Origin: Spirochaetia bacterium
Lineage (GTDB): Bacteria > Spirochaetota > Spirochaetia > SZUA-6 > Bin103
Assembly (NCBI GenBank): GCA_965203515.1
Contig: OZ241907.1
Location: 3,264,001 to 3,328,000, forward strand
Length of the DNA stretch: 64,000 bases
Direction of reading: 5' to 3'
Positions within the stretch are counted from its first letter, which is position 1, and the number at the start of each line of letters is the position of its first letter. Position numbers and translations under genes: made by a program. Below the pieces are notes generated by a model, which was given only the letters and a program-made list of their open reading frames with translations, was not told where the DNA came from and ran no database searches. Positions 37,951-50,334 of the stretch are shown here, piece by piece.

Positions 37951-39312
37951 TCACGCGCCGGCGATGATCGCGCGCACTTCCGCCAGCGTCGTCGCCACGG
38001 CGTCGCCGTCGCGTCCCTCCAGGCGGAGCCGCAGCAGCGGCTCCGTGTTGCTGGGGCGGATGGTAAACCAGACGTGATCGTACGCCACCGACAACCCGTC
38101 CAGGGTATCGATCCGTGCGTCGCGGTAGCGGCCGCGGATGCGCTGAAGCGCCGTCAGCGCGTCCTGCCGGGCGCGGACCGGCAGGTTGATCTCCGCCGAC
38201 TGCGCGTAGCGGCCGCGCAGCGGGGCGGTCAACTCCGACAGCGGCCGATCGGCTCGCGCCAGGAGCGCCGCCATCATCACGATCGCGTACAGCGCCGACT
38301 CGGTAAAGAAGGCGCCGGAGACCCGGAAATAGAGATGACCGGAGGTCTCGCAGCCGAAGGCGGCGCCGCTGTCGACCATGGCGTCGTACAGGTGGGTGTA
38401 GCCGACCGGCGAGCGCACCGGCCGGCCGCCGGCGGCGGCCACCTCCTCGGCGAACACGCGCGAGGCGATCAGGTCGTGCACGATCGCCGCGCCCGGATGC
38501 CGCCGCAGCATCTCGCCGGCCAGCAGCGCGCCGCTGAAGGCGCCGGCCAGCACCTCCCCGCGCTCGTCGACGAACAGTACGCGGTCGCCGTCGCCGTCCA
38601 GGATGGCGCCGAAGGCGGCGTCGCCGGCGCGCACCGCGGCGGCGGCGTCGCGCTGGCTGACCTCCTCCAGCGGATTGGGCGGATGCGCCGGGAACGTGCC
38701 GTCCGGCGCGCCGTTGATCACGGTGACGAAGCCGCCCAGACGGTCGGAGACCGCCTGCGTCAACGCGCCGGCCGAGCCGTTCGAGACGTCGACCACGCCC
38801 GGCGCCAGCGGCGCGCCGGCGGCCGCCCCGGCCGCAAAGGCGACGTACCGGTCGGCCGGCGGCGACTCCGGAGTCGTCGTCTCCGGAGTCGCCGCGGCGG
38901 CGCCCGGCCGCTCGCCTTCGATCGCGGGGAGCAGCTGCTCCACGCGGGAGAGCCCCTTGGCGTAGCTCACCGAGCCGCCGGACCGGTCGAAGACCTTGAA
39001 GCCATGGTACTCGGGCGGATTGTGCGACGCGGTGGCCATCACGCCGGCATCGTAACCGGCGTCGAGCTGCAGGAAGTGGAGCGCCGGCGTGGTGGTCAGC
39101 CCGGCGCCGGCCACGCGCCGCCCTTCCGCCTGCAGCCCGCGCGCCAGGGCGCCGCAGAGCGCCGGCGAGTGGGTACGCGCGTCGTGGCCGAGCAGGTAGC
39201 GCTCGGCGTCCAGGTGGCGCGCCAGGGCGCGGCCGATCCGGTAGGCGAGCGGCTCGTCGATGCCGGCGCCGTAGACCGAACGGATGTCGTAGGCGTGGAA
39301 GGGCTCGTTCAT
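37951..39312 (-). CDS. Phosphomannomutase/phosphoglucomutase
   Basis: FHAYDIRS, TASHNP, DGDGDR, GCETSGH, RPSNTEPLLRL. Confidence 0.95.
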   Translation of the reverse strand: MNEPFHAYDIRSVYGAGIDEPLAYRIGRALARHLDAERYLLGHDARTHSPALCGALARGLQAEGRRVAGAGLTTTPALHFLQLDAGYDAGVMATASHNPPEYHGFKVFDRSGGSVSYAKGLSRVEQLLPAIEGERPGAAAATPETTTPESPPADRYVAFAAGAAAGAPLAPGVVDVSNGSAGALTQAVSDRLGGFVTVINGAPDGTFPAHPPNPLEEVSQRDAAAAVRAGDAAFGAILDGDGDRVLFVDERGEVLAGAFSGALLAGEMLRRHPGAAIVHDLIASRVFAEEVAAAGGRPVRSPVGYTHLYDAMVDSGAAFGCETSGHLYFRVSGAFFTESALYAIVMMAALLARADRPLSELTAPLRGRYAQSAEINLPVRARQDALTALQRIRGRYRDARIDTLDGLSVAYDHVWFTIRPSNTEPLLRLRLEGRDGDAVATTLAEVRAIIAGA

Positions 39313-39322
39313 GGCGCGGGTC

Positions 39323-41257
<1,935 letters not shown>

Positions 41258-41261
41258 GGCT

Positions 41262-42647
41262 CTATCCCGCGAAGCGGAAGTAGATCACCAGCGGCGCGGC
41301 CGCGGCGCCGGTGACCAGAAGCCGTTCTTCGTCGACGCCGCCGGCCGGCACCAGACGGATGCCGGTGTCGTCGCGGGCGTAGAGGAAGGTGACCCGCGCG
41401 GGCCGCCTCGATCGGTCGCCGCGGTCGAAGGCCAGGGTGAGCACGCCGGAGTACTCGGCGCGCAGCGCGGCCGGCAGGTGCAGGTGCAGCTCGACGGCGC
41501 CGGTGCCGGGCGCGTCGGCCGGGACGACGCCGGGCACCAGCCGCTGGAAGCCGCTCCAGCGGAAGCGCCGCTCCGGCTCCAGCGACACCTCGCCGTAGGC
41601 GTCCGACCGCAGCGCCGGGCCGTCCGCGCGCAACGCGTCGTAGATGCGGTCGCGGCGCGCCTGCTCGGCGGCGATCAGGTCTTCCACCGGGGTGTCGAGG
41701 ACGACGAACCGCTCGGTCCGCGGCCGGTCCCGGTACCGGAAGGAGACCGCGATGCTCCGGTCGTTCTCGGCGACGATCCGCACGCCGCCGCCCTGCAGCA
41801 CGAAGACATCATCGCCCACGCGGTCGACCCGATCGTACGCGAAGGTAAGGTCGGCGTCCGGCAGCCGGAGGCGCGCGGTTCCGCCGGCGCCGGCCGCCGG
41901 GTCTGCGCCCGCGGAGGCGGCTTGATCGGACGGTTGGCCGGACGGTTGGATGGCGAAGCCGTAGCCGGCGGTGACGCGCCGCAGGTCGACGCGCCCGCTG
42001 GCCAGCATGTCGGCGTAGTAGCGCGGGCGCCACGCGGCGGCGGCGATGCGGTTCCACGGCGAGTCCTTGCGGCTCAGGCGGTCGGCCTCCGCCTGCGGGT
42101 CCTCCTCGGTATCGAAGAGCGGCAGGAACTCCCCGAAGGTAAACCCCTGCGTGCCGTCGGTGGTGAGCACCTGATACCAGAAGTTGGTGAAGGAGCCGAC
42201 CGTGACCGGTTCCGCCTGGCGGGCGACGATCTTGACCGCCTCGCCCTCGCGCAGGCGGTAGAGCTGCCGCGCGCCGGCGTCGGCCGCCTCCCGCACCGGC
42301 AGCCCGTTGCGGGCCGCGTAGCCGAACGTGTTGACCAGGCCGCTGAAGGCGGCGGCGAACTCGGCGGCCTGCTCCCGGTCCGCGAACAACCGCACCCGCC
42401 AGCGCGCCAACTCGCCGGCCGCGTCCGCCTCGGCGTAGCGGTAGACGTCGCGGATGTCCGATTCGTCGCTGATGGAAAGCACCGATCCGCCGATACCCGG
42501 CTGCGGCGCCCACAGCACCACCCCCCAGCCCAGACGCCGGTCGCCGCAGGCCGTGAAGACGGCGGCGACCGCGAGGACCGCGATCGGGGCGGCCCGGCGC
42601 GCCGTGCGGGCGCGCCGGACGGCCTCCGGCGGCGCGGCTTGGCCCAT
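41262..42647 (-). CDS. SH3-domain lipoprotein (spirochete-type)
   Basis: Lipobox VFTAC; GLPVRE......LYRLREGEAVKIV....WYQVLTTDGTQGFTFG. Confidence 0.78.
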   Translation of the reverse strand: MGQAAPPEAVRRARTARRAAPIAVLAVAAVFTACGDRRLGWGVVLWAPQPGIGGSVLSISDESDIRDVYRYAEADAAGELARWRVRLFADREQAAEFAAAFSGLVNTFGYAARNGLPVREAADAGARQLYRLREGEAVKIVARQAEPVTVGSFTNFWYQVLTTDGTQGFTFGEFLPLFDTEEDPQAEADRLSRKDSPWNRIAAAAWRPRYYADMLASGRVDLRRVTAGYGFAIQPSGQPSDQAASAGADPAAGAGGTARLRLPDADLTFAYDRVDRVGDDVFVLQGGGVRIVAENDRSIAVSFRYRDRPRTERFVVLDTPVEDLIAAEQARRDRIYDALRADGPALRSDAYGEVSLEPERRFRWSGFQRLVPGVVPADAPGTGAVELHLHLPAALRAEYSGVLTLAFDRGDRSRRPARVTFLYARDDTGIRLVPAGGVDEERLLVTGAAAAPLVIYFRFAG

Positions 42648-43978
42648 CAGGAGACCGACAGCGTGCCGCCGGCCTGCACCATGAGTATCTCGCCCGGTTT
42701 GATGATGCTCTCCGGCGAGCGGCCGTTGCCGGCCGCCAGCGCCTCTACGGTCACCCCGTGCCGGCGCGCGATCCCCCAGAGCGAATCGCCCTCCGTGACC
42801 ACGTGCACGGCGCCGAAGCCGGACTGCGCGACCCATGCCGTCGCCGGCTCCGTACGCTGCGGTTCCGGCCGTTCGGGCTCGGCGCGGTCCGGTCCGGCGG
42901 CGTCGGCCAACAGCGGGATGATCACGGTCTGCCCCATGCGCAGCCGCCGCGGTCGCAGGTCCGGGTTCTCGTCGGCGATCAGCTCGACGCTGCTGCCGTA
43001 GCGCTTGGCCATGTCCCAGAAGGTCTCCCCTTCGCGGATCCGGTGCTCGACGAAGTCGAACAGCTTGAAGCGCTCTTCCAGGAGGTCCCGCACCTGCTCG
43101 GCGTGCTCCGCCGGGACCTTCAGCCAGTAGCCGAGCATGTCGCCCGCGCGCGCGTCGCGCGAGGCGACCACCGCCGGCGTCACGCGCGAGTCGCTCGGCG
43201 TGAACGGCGATTCGAGCTCCGCATTGGCGGTGCGCAGCAGTTCCAGTTCGATCCCCGTGTGCTCGGCCAGCTTGCGCAGGTCGGCGCGCCCGCCGGCGCC
43301 GACCCGCACCCAGGTGATCGGTTCGATCTCCGGCAGCCCGTAGCGCTCCGGATACGCGAAGATGCGCGCCGCCGCCAGGAAGCGGGGCACGAATTCGGCG
43401 GTCTCCTGCGGCAGCGCCCCCGCCTCGCGCAGTTTCCAGAAGTCCCCGGTGCCGGCGCGATCGACGGCCCGCCGCACGCGGTTCGGCCCGGCATTGTAGG
43501 CGGCGATCGCCAGCAGCCAATCGTCGAAGCGGTCGCGGTTGGCCGCCAGCGTGGCGAGCGCTACCTCGGTCGCCTTCCAGAAGTCGCGTCGTTCGTCGAT
43601 CGGGCCGCCGATGCGCAGGGGGTAGCCGCTGGCCCCCAACGGGGTGATCTGCCAGAGGCCGACCGCGCCGCGCGGCGACACCGCGCCGGGCAGGTACGCC
43701 GACTCCACCACCGGCAGCGCCCGCAGCTCCGGCGGCAGGCCGTGCCGGTCGAGCGCCGCCACGATGTGATCGGCGTAGAGCCACGAACGGTTCCAGACGT
43801 CGTGCAGCCATCCCCGCCACGTGGGCTGGGTGAACTTCCTGACGTAGTACTCGACGCGCGAGTGATCGCACGTCTTCCAGTCGGTGCGGCATTCCTGAGC
43901 CGCGAGGGGAGCGACGCCGATGGTGAAGAGCACGGCGATCGCCCCGAGCGCCCGATTCGGGCGTACCGGTACCGGCAT
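42647..43978 (-). CDS. mltD: Lytic murein transglycosylase with two LysM domains (MltD-like)
   Basis: LPVVESAY, GAVGLWQ, AAYNAG, LPQETAEFVPR; LysM HRIREGETFW and HVVTEGDSLWGIA; SD AAGGAG upstream. Confidence 0.9.
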   Translation of the reverse strand: MPVPVRPNRALGAIAVLFTIGVAPLAAQECRTDWKTCDHSRVEYYVRKFTQPTWRGWLHDVWNRSWLYADHIVAALDRHGLPPELRALPVVESAYLPGAVSPRGAVGLWQITPLGASGYPLRIGGPIDERRDFWKATEVALATLAANRDRFDDWLLAIAAYNAGPNRVRRAVDRAGTGDFWKLREAGALPQETAEFVPRFLAAARIFAYPERYGLPEIEPITWVRVGAGGRADLRKLAEHTGIELELLRTANAELESPFTPSDSRVTPAVVASRDARAGDMLGYWLKVPAEHAEQVRDLLEERFKLFDFVEHRIREGETFWDMAKRYGSSVELIADENPDLRPRRLRMGQTVIIPLLADAAGPDRAEPERPEPQRTEPATAWVAQSGFGAVHVVTEGDSLWGIARRHGVTVEALAAGNGRSPESIIKPGEILMVQAGGTLSVS

Positions 43979-44045
43979 GATCGTCTTCTCCTTTTGGACG
44001 GTACGGCCGGTGCGCCGGCGCCGCCCCCTCCCTTACGGACCCCGT

Positions 44046-45116
44046 TTACAGCTTCTCGCCGAAGTAGATGCCAGCCCACTCCCAGCTACCGTCGATGCGC
44101 GGATCGACCGGGTAATCGATCCGGCGGAAGTACAGGTACCACGTCGTGACGCGGAATGTCCATCCGGTAGTGCGCAGGAACGCCTCGCGCTCGTTGGAAT
44201 CGGGATGGAGCTGCGCGGCGACGTGCACGCGCCGCATCGGGAACGCCTCCAGCCGGAAGCGGCGGGTGAGGGTGGCATCGCTCCCCCATGAGGTGGCGAA
44301 GAAGTCGACCTCCGCCTGCAGGCGCCGCATCGCCGCCATGTCGCGCCGTGCGACGGCGCGCTGCACCTCCGCGACCAGCGCCGGCAGATCGTCCCTGATC
44401 CATGACTTGTCCGATCGATGGAACCCGATCAGCGCGGCGACGCGCCGGTAGGCGCGCGGCTCGCCGGGAACGTCGGTCGGCGGAGCGCTCAGGAACGCCC
44501 GATAGGTGTCGAGCGCCGCCTCCCAGGCGCCGCGCTCGGCGTAGGCGCCCGCCAATCGGTAGAGGGCCAATGCCAAGTCGATCCGGTCGGGGAAGCGCTC
44601 GATGAGCTCGTGGTAGTACTCGACGCGACGGACGCGGTCGTCGAGCTCGACCAGGCGCTCCAGGCAGTGCCGGTGCAGCGACCGCCCGCGCACCTCCAGA
44701 TCGGGGTGGTTGCGCAGGGCGCGGCGGTAGTAGTGCACGGCGAGCGGCGCCTGTCCGGCTTCCCGGTAGGAGTCGGCGGCGGTCACCAGGTAGGCGGTGG
44801 CATACGGATCGCGCGGGTCGCGCTGCGCGCGCAGGGTCAGGAAGGTCCGCTCGCGCCCCCCTTCGCCGCCGCGGCGCAGCGTGCGGGCGATCTCCGCGAT
44901 CAGCGCGTAGCGCCGGGCGGCCGCCTCCGGGCCGTCGCCGGTCCGCTCCATCTCCCGGCTCAGCCGGCGCAGGTCGGCGTTCAGGTCCCGGTCCGGGACC
45001 CAGAGGAGCCCCGGCGGCGCGCAGCCGCCCAGCACGACGACGGCGGCCAGCCCGACCGCCGTCGCCAGCGCGGCGCGGCGCGGCAGGACGCGATCGTACG
45101 GGTACCCCGCAGCCAT
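44046..45116 (-). CDS. TPR-repeat lipoprotein
   Basis: Lipobox-like VLGGC; TPR-like helices (ALYRLAGAY...AALDTYR); C-terminus [12 protein letters not shown]. Start uncertain. Confidence 0.8.
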   Translation of the reverse strand: MAAGYPYDRVLPRRAALATAVGLAAVVVLGGCAPPGLLWVPDRDLNADLRRLSREMERTGDGPEAAARRYALIAEIARTLRRGGEGGRERTFLTLRAQRDPRDPYATAYLVTAADSYREAGQAPLAVHYYRRALRNHPDLEVRGRSLHRHCLERLVELDDRVRRVEYYHELIERFPDRIDLALALYRLAGAYAERGAWEAALDTYRAFLSAPPTDVPGEPRAYRRVAALIGFHRSDKSWIRDDLPALVAEVQRAVARRDMAAMRRLQAEVDFFATSWGSDATLTRRFRLEAFPMRRVHVAAQLHPDSNEREAFLRTTGWTFRVTTWYLYFRRIDYPVDPRIDGSWEWAGIYFGEKL

Positions 45117-45139
45117 CCGGTGGTATAGTCTGCTCACCG

Positions 45140-46359
<1,220 letters not shown>

Positions 46360-46360
<1 letters not shown>

Positions 46361-46770
46361 TGCGCGGCGCCGGTCGTCCGCTGCTTGCCGGGGCGGCGCT
46401 GGCGCTGAGCTGGCTGCTGGCCGGCTGCCAGACGTCGATGCCGATCACCGACGACATGAGCCCGCCGGAGTTCTTCCAGGCGGCCCGCGACGCCGTCGGG
46501 CAGCGGGACTACCGGTCGGCCATGGAGTACTACCGTGTCTATCTGGAGCGGTTCCCGGCCGCCGGCTATCCCGGCGAGCTGGAACGCAATCTCTGGGCGG
46601 AGTACGAGATCGGCTTCATGCATCACAAACTCGGCGACGATCGGACCGCGGCCGAGCTGCTGGGCCGGCTGATCGCCCGGTACGACGGCGAAGGCGGCGA
46701 AGACCTGCCGCCGGCCCCGGGCCGGCTGGCGCGCCGCGTCGTCGAAGATCTGGAGGCGCCGGAACCGTAG
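46360..46770 (+). CDS. Small TPR lipoprotein (BamD-like)
   Basis: Lipobox LLAGC; EFFQAARDA...YRSAMEYY..YLERFP, WAEYEIGFMH; TGATG overlap with icd. Confidence 0.78.
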
Positions 46771-46820
46771 CCCGGCCGGCCGCTGCCGGACGCCATGGCG
46801 GACTGACCGAACGCCGCCTT

Positions 46821-46856
46821 TTGAAGCGCTGCCGCCGCCGCGCGCGTATCCGGGGC
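46821..46856 (+). promoter_or_regulatory. Conserved motif copy 3: TTGAAGCG-N16-CGTA-N8-ATG
   Basis: TTGAAGCG ctgccgccgccgcgcg CGTA tccggGGC ATG. Confidence 0.7.
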
Positions 46857-47903
46857 ATGGAAACACGACCGATCGACCTGCGGCGGCTCGCCGCGGCGGC
46901 GATGCTGGCGGCCTTGTCCTGCATCGTCAGCGCCTGCGGCAGAGTATCCGCCTCGCCCGCCTTCATCGAACCGGACCTGATGCCGCCGCTGCTGCGCGCG
47001 GTGGAGGTCCCCGACCGGCGTTCGATCGCCGTCTCCTTCAGCGAGCCCGCGGTGCTGGAGGGCGGATCGCTCGTCATCGATCCGCACCTCGACGTGCAGG
47101 AGGTCGCGTACGACGGAGCGCGCATGCTGCTCTCCGTCGCCGATCAGTCCGCCGGGGCCGAGTATCGGCTCAAGGCGGTCGTCACCGACGAGCGCGGCAA
47201 CGGCCTGGGGATGGCGGCCCGCTTCTACGGCCACAACGGCGACGTGCCGCGCCTGATCATCACCGAGCTGACGACGCGCGGCTCCCGCAGGCGGCCCGAC
47301 CGGATCGAACTGGTGGCGCTGTCGGCCGGCGACCTGGGCGGCGTGACGCTGTACGACGGCACGCCGGGCAACTACCGGAATCGCCTGGTGTTCCCGTCGA
47401 TCGCGGTGGAGCCGGGCGACTTCATCGTCGTCCACTGCGTCAGCGCCGGTGAGCCGGCCGAGGTGAACGAGACCGCGTCGAAGGCGGAGTCGAGCCATCC
47501 GCAGGCGTCGGCGGAGGCATACGATCTGTGGCTGCCCGACGGAAAGGGGTTGTCGGGCAACAACGGCGTCGTGTCGCTCTACGGACAGCCGGACGGCGAC
47601 CTGCTGGACGGCGTGATCTACAGCGACCGCACGTCCGATTCGGACGAACGCTACCGCGGGTTCGGCACCCGCCGGATGCTGGAGCGGGTCGACGAGCTGG
47701 TGGCGGCCGGCGGCTGGCAGGTGGCGGCCGCGCCGGCGCGGCCGGAGGACGCCGTCGACTCGAACGACACCACCTCGACCCGATCGATGGCGCGTGCGTC
47801 CGACCACGCCGACACCGACTCCCGCGCGGACTGGCACGTGGTGCCGACCCGCGGGGCGACGTTCGGCGGCCCCAACACCGATGAGGTCTTCAGCCGCCGG
47901 TGA
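46857..47903 (+). CDS. Lipoprotein with Ig-like N-domain and lamin-tail-like domain
   Basis: Lipobox IVSAC; VSFSEP Ig-like; LIITELTTRG....DRIELVALSAGDLGG.TL, PGDFIVVH, LSGNNGVVSLY...DGVIY, TFGGPN. Confidence 0.75.
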   Translation: METRPIDLRRLAAAAMLAALSCIVSACGRVSASPAFIEPDLMPPLLRAVEVPDRRSIAVSFSEPAVLEGGSLVIDPHLDVQEVAYDGARMLLSVADQSAGAEYRLKAVVTDERGNGLGMAARFYGHNGDVPRLIITELTTRGSRRRPDRIELVALSAGDLGGVTLYDGTPGNYRNRLVFPSIAVEPGDFIVVHCVSAGEPAEVNETASKAESSHPQASAEAYDLWLPDGKGLSGNNGVVSLYGQPDGDLLDGVIYSDRTSDSDERYRGFGTRRMLERVDELVAAGGWQVAAAPARPEDAVDSNDTTSTRSMARASDHADTDSRADWHVVPTRGATFGGPNTDEVFSRR

Positions 47904-47932
47904 CCGAGCGGTGCGCGCGGCTTCTCAAGGCC

Positions 47933-48265
47933 CTATCCCTGGGAGACGAGCTCCTTGAACATCCCCTCGATCTTGGCCTTGGGGACCGCGCCGACCTGCT
48001 GGTCGACCACCGATCCGTCCTTGAACAGCAGCAGCGTGGGAATGCTGACCACGTTGAACTTCATCGCCAAGTCGCCGGCGTCGTCGACGTTCACCTTGCC
48101 GACCTTGACCCGGCCGGCGTAGTCGTCGGCCAGTTCCGCCACGGCGGGAGCGATCATCTTGCACGGGCCGCACCAGTCGGCCCAGAAGTCGACCAGAACC
48201 GGGGTATCCGCCCGGAGGACCTCCGCATCGAAGTTGGCGCCGGTGATCGTCACTTCCTGTCCCAT
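47933..48265 (-). CDS. trxA: Thioredoxin
   Basis: VDFWADWCGPCKMIAP, SIPTLLLFK. Confidence 0.97.
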   Translation of the reverse strand: MGQEVTITGANFDAEVLRADTPVLVDFWADWCGPCKMIAPAVAELADDYAGRVKVGKVNVDDAGDLAMKFNVVSIPTLLLFKDGSVVDQQVGAVPKAKIEGMFKELVSQG

Positions 48266-48295
48266 TCGGGTTACCCCCTTGAACTCGTCGAGGAG

Positions 48296-48324
48296 AACAT
48301 AGGGCGAAGCGCCGCGGCGATCAA
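48296..48324 (-). promoter_or_regulatory. Sigma70-type promoter of trxA
   Basis: TTGATC-17 nt-TATGTT. Confidence 0.55.
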
Positions 48325-49112
48325 GCCGGCGGCGAGGAGGCGCCGCCGCGGCCGGCCAGGCGGGCGGTCAGGTCGCGCACCGTGCGGTACGGGTCGGCGC
48401 CGGCAGGAGCGTCGAGCAGCGCGCGGATGAAGGCGGAGCCGACGATCACGGTGTCGACCAGCCGCGCCAGCGCGTCGACCTGCGCCCGTTCCGCCAGGCC
48501 GAAGCCGGCCATCACCGCCACGCCCAGCGCCTTCGCCTCCCGCAGGAAGCGGATGCTGTCCCCGCTGATGCGCGTGTAGCCGCCGGTTACCCCCTTGCGC
48601 AACGCGGTGTACAGGGAGCGGGTGCGTGACCGCTCGACCACCGCGCGCAGCCGCTCCGCCCGCGCGGTCACCGGCACCACCGGCACCACCTCCAGTCCCA
48701 GCGCCCGTCCGGCCGCGTACAGACCCTCGTCGTAGTCGGGCGGCAGGTCGGGGACGATCACGCCGCGAGCGCCCGCGTCCCGGCAGCGCGTCAGGAACGC
48801 CTCGATGCCGGGACGGAACGCCAGATTGGCGTACACCATCACGAATACCCCCGGCGCGGCGGGCCGCCCGGCCAGCCGCTCGACCAGCCGAAATCCGTCG
48901 GCGACGGCGAATCCCGCCGCCAGCGCGTCCGCGCACGCGCGCTGGATGAACGGGCCGTCGGCGGTCGGGTCGCTGAACGGGAACTGCACCTCCAGCAGCT
49001 CGGCGCCGCCGTCGATCATCGCCTCGCCCATGTGCAGCGACGTCTCCCAGTCCGGGAACGCGGCGACCAGATGGGCCATGAAGGCGGGGCCGCGCGGGGT
49101 CGGTTCAGGCAT
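48321..49112 (-). CDS. trpA: Tryptophan synthase alpha subunit
   Basis: EVQFPFSDPTADGPFIQ, VMVYAN, IVPDLPP, GVTG, AGFG, IVGSA. Confidence 0.95.
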   Translation of the reverse strand: MPEPTPRGPAFMAHLVAAFPDWETSLHMGEAMIDGGAELLEVQFPFSDPTADGPFIQRACADALAAGFAVADGFRLVERLAGRPAAPGVFVMVYANLAFRPGIEAFLTRCRDAGARGVIVPDLPPDYDEGLYAAGRALGLEVVPVVPVTARAERLRAVVERSRTRSLYTALRKGVTGGYTRISGDSIRFLREAKALGVAVMAGFGLAERAQVDALARLVDTVIVGSAFIRALLDAPAGADPYRTVRDLTARLAGRGGASSPPA

Positions 49113-50334
49113 CTTCGATCTCCTGCGCTTCGCGTTTCAGGAACTCCGCCCACCGCCCGGGCTGCAGGGCGCGGGCCAGGATGAACAGATCCTTGTCGCC
49201 GCGGCCGGAGACGTTGACCACCACGTTGGCGTCATCCGGCAGCGTTCGGGCCAGCCGGACGGCGGCGGCGCCGGCATGGGCGGACTCCAGCGCGAAGGCC
49301 ACCCCTTCGCTGCGCGCGAACAGCCGCACCGCGTCGAGCGCCTCGTCGTCGGAGGCGGTGGTGAACTCCACCCGGCCGGCGGTCCCCAGGTGGGCGAGCT
49401 GCGGGCCGACGCCGGGGTAGTCCAGTCCCGCCGAAATCGAATGGGTCTCCGCCACCTGCCCGTCGTCGTCGGTGAGGAACAGCGACTTGTAGCCGTGCAC
49501 GATCCCCGGCGTGCCGCTCCCCGACAGACGCGCCGCGTGGTCGCCCAGGGCGGGCCCGCGGCCGCCCGCCTCCACCCCGATCAGGCGCGGCCGGGGCGCC
49601 TCCAGATGCGGCGCGAAGAATCCCAGGGCGTTGGAGCCGCCGCCCACGCAGGCGACCAGCGCGGTCGGTTGCACGCCGAGGCGCCGGCACTGTTCGACTA
49701 CCTCGCGGCCGACCACGGACTGGAACTCGCGGACCATGTCCGGGTAGGGCGAAGGACCCATGGCGGAGCCGATCACGTAGTGGGTCCGTTCGAAGCTGTC
49801 GGACCAGTCGCGTAGCGCCTCGTTGACCGCGTCCTTGAGCGTGCGCGAACCGGAGCCGACCGGCACCACCTCGGCGCCGAACAGCTCCATCCAGAACACG
49901 TTGGGGCGCTGGCGGCGCATGTCGACCTCGCCCATGTAGACGCGGCATTGCAGTCCCAGCCTGGCGCTGACCGCGGCCGTGGCCACGCCGTGCTGGCCGG
50001 CGCCGGTCTCCGCGATCACGCGCGGTTTGCCCATCCGCCGCGCCAGCAGGCACTGGCCGATGACGTTGTTCACCTTGTGGGCGCCGGTGTTGGCCAGCCC
50101 CTCCAGCTTCAGGTAGATCGCCGCGCCGCCGATCTCCGCCGCCGCGTTCACGGCCGGGGTGAGCGGCGTCGGCCGGCCCGCGAACTGCCGGCCCAGGCGG
50201 TCCAGCTCGGCCAGGAACGCGGGGTCGGCGATCGCGCCGGTGAACGCCGCCTGCAGCTCGTCGAGCGGCGTGCGCAGCACTTCGGCGGCGTAGCGTCCGC
50301 CGAATCGGCCGAAGTAGTCGTTGTAGACCTTCAT
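49105..50334 (-). CDS. trpB: Tryptophan synthase beta subunit
   Basis: TGAHKVNN, AETGAGQHG, CVGGGSNA, SISAGLDYPGVGP, SGRGDKD. Confidence 0.97.
   Translation of the reverse strand: MKVYNDYFGRFGGRYAAEVLRTPLDELQAAFTGAIADPAFLAELDRLGRQFAGRPTPLTPAVNAAAEIGGAAIYLKLEGLANTGAHKVNNVIGQCLLARRMGKPRVIAETGAGQHGVATAAVSARLGLQCRVYMGEVDMRRQRPNVFWMELFGAEVVPVGSGSRTLKDAVNEALRDWSDSFERTHYVIGSAMGPSPYPDMVREFQSVVGREVVEQCRRLGVQPTALVACVGGGSNALGFFAPHLEAPRPRLIGVEAGGRGPALGDHAARLSGSGTPGIVHGYKSLFLTDDDGQVAETHSISAGLDYPGVGPQLAHLGTAGRVEFTTASDDEALDAVRLFARSEGVAFALESAHAGAAAVRLARTLPDDANVVVNVSGRGDKDLFILARALQPGRWAEFLKREAQEIEDA

Noticed and set aside
43065..43103. Fourth TTGAAGCG copy
   Set aside because: Antisense inside mltD, the second box is CGCA, and there is no start codon at +36.
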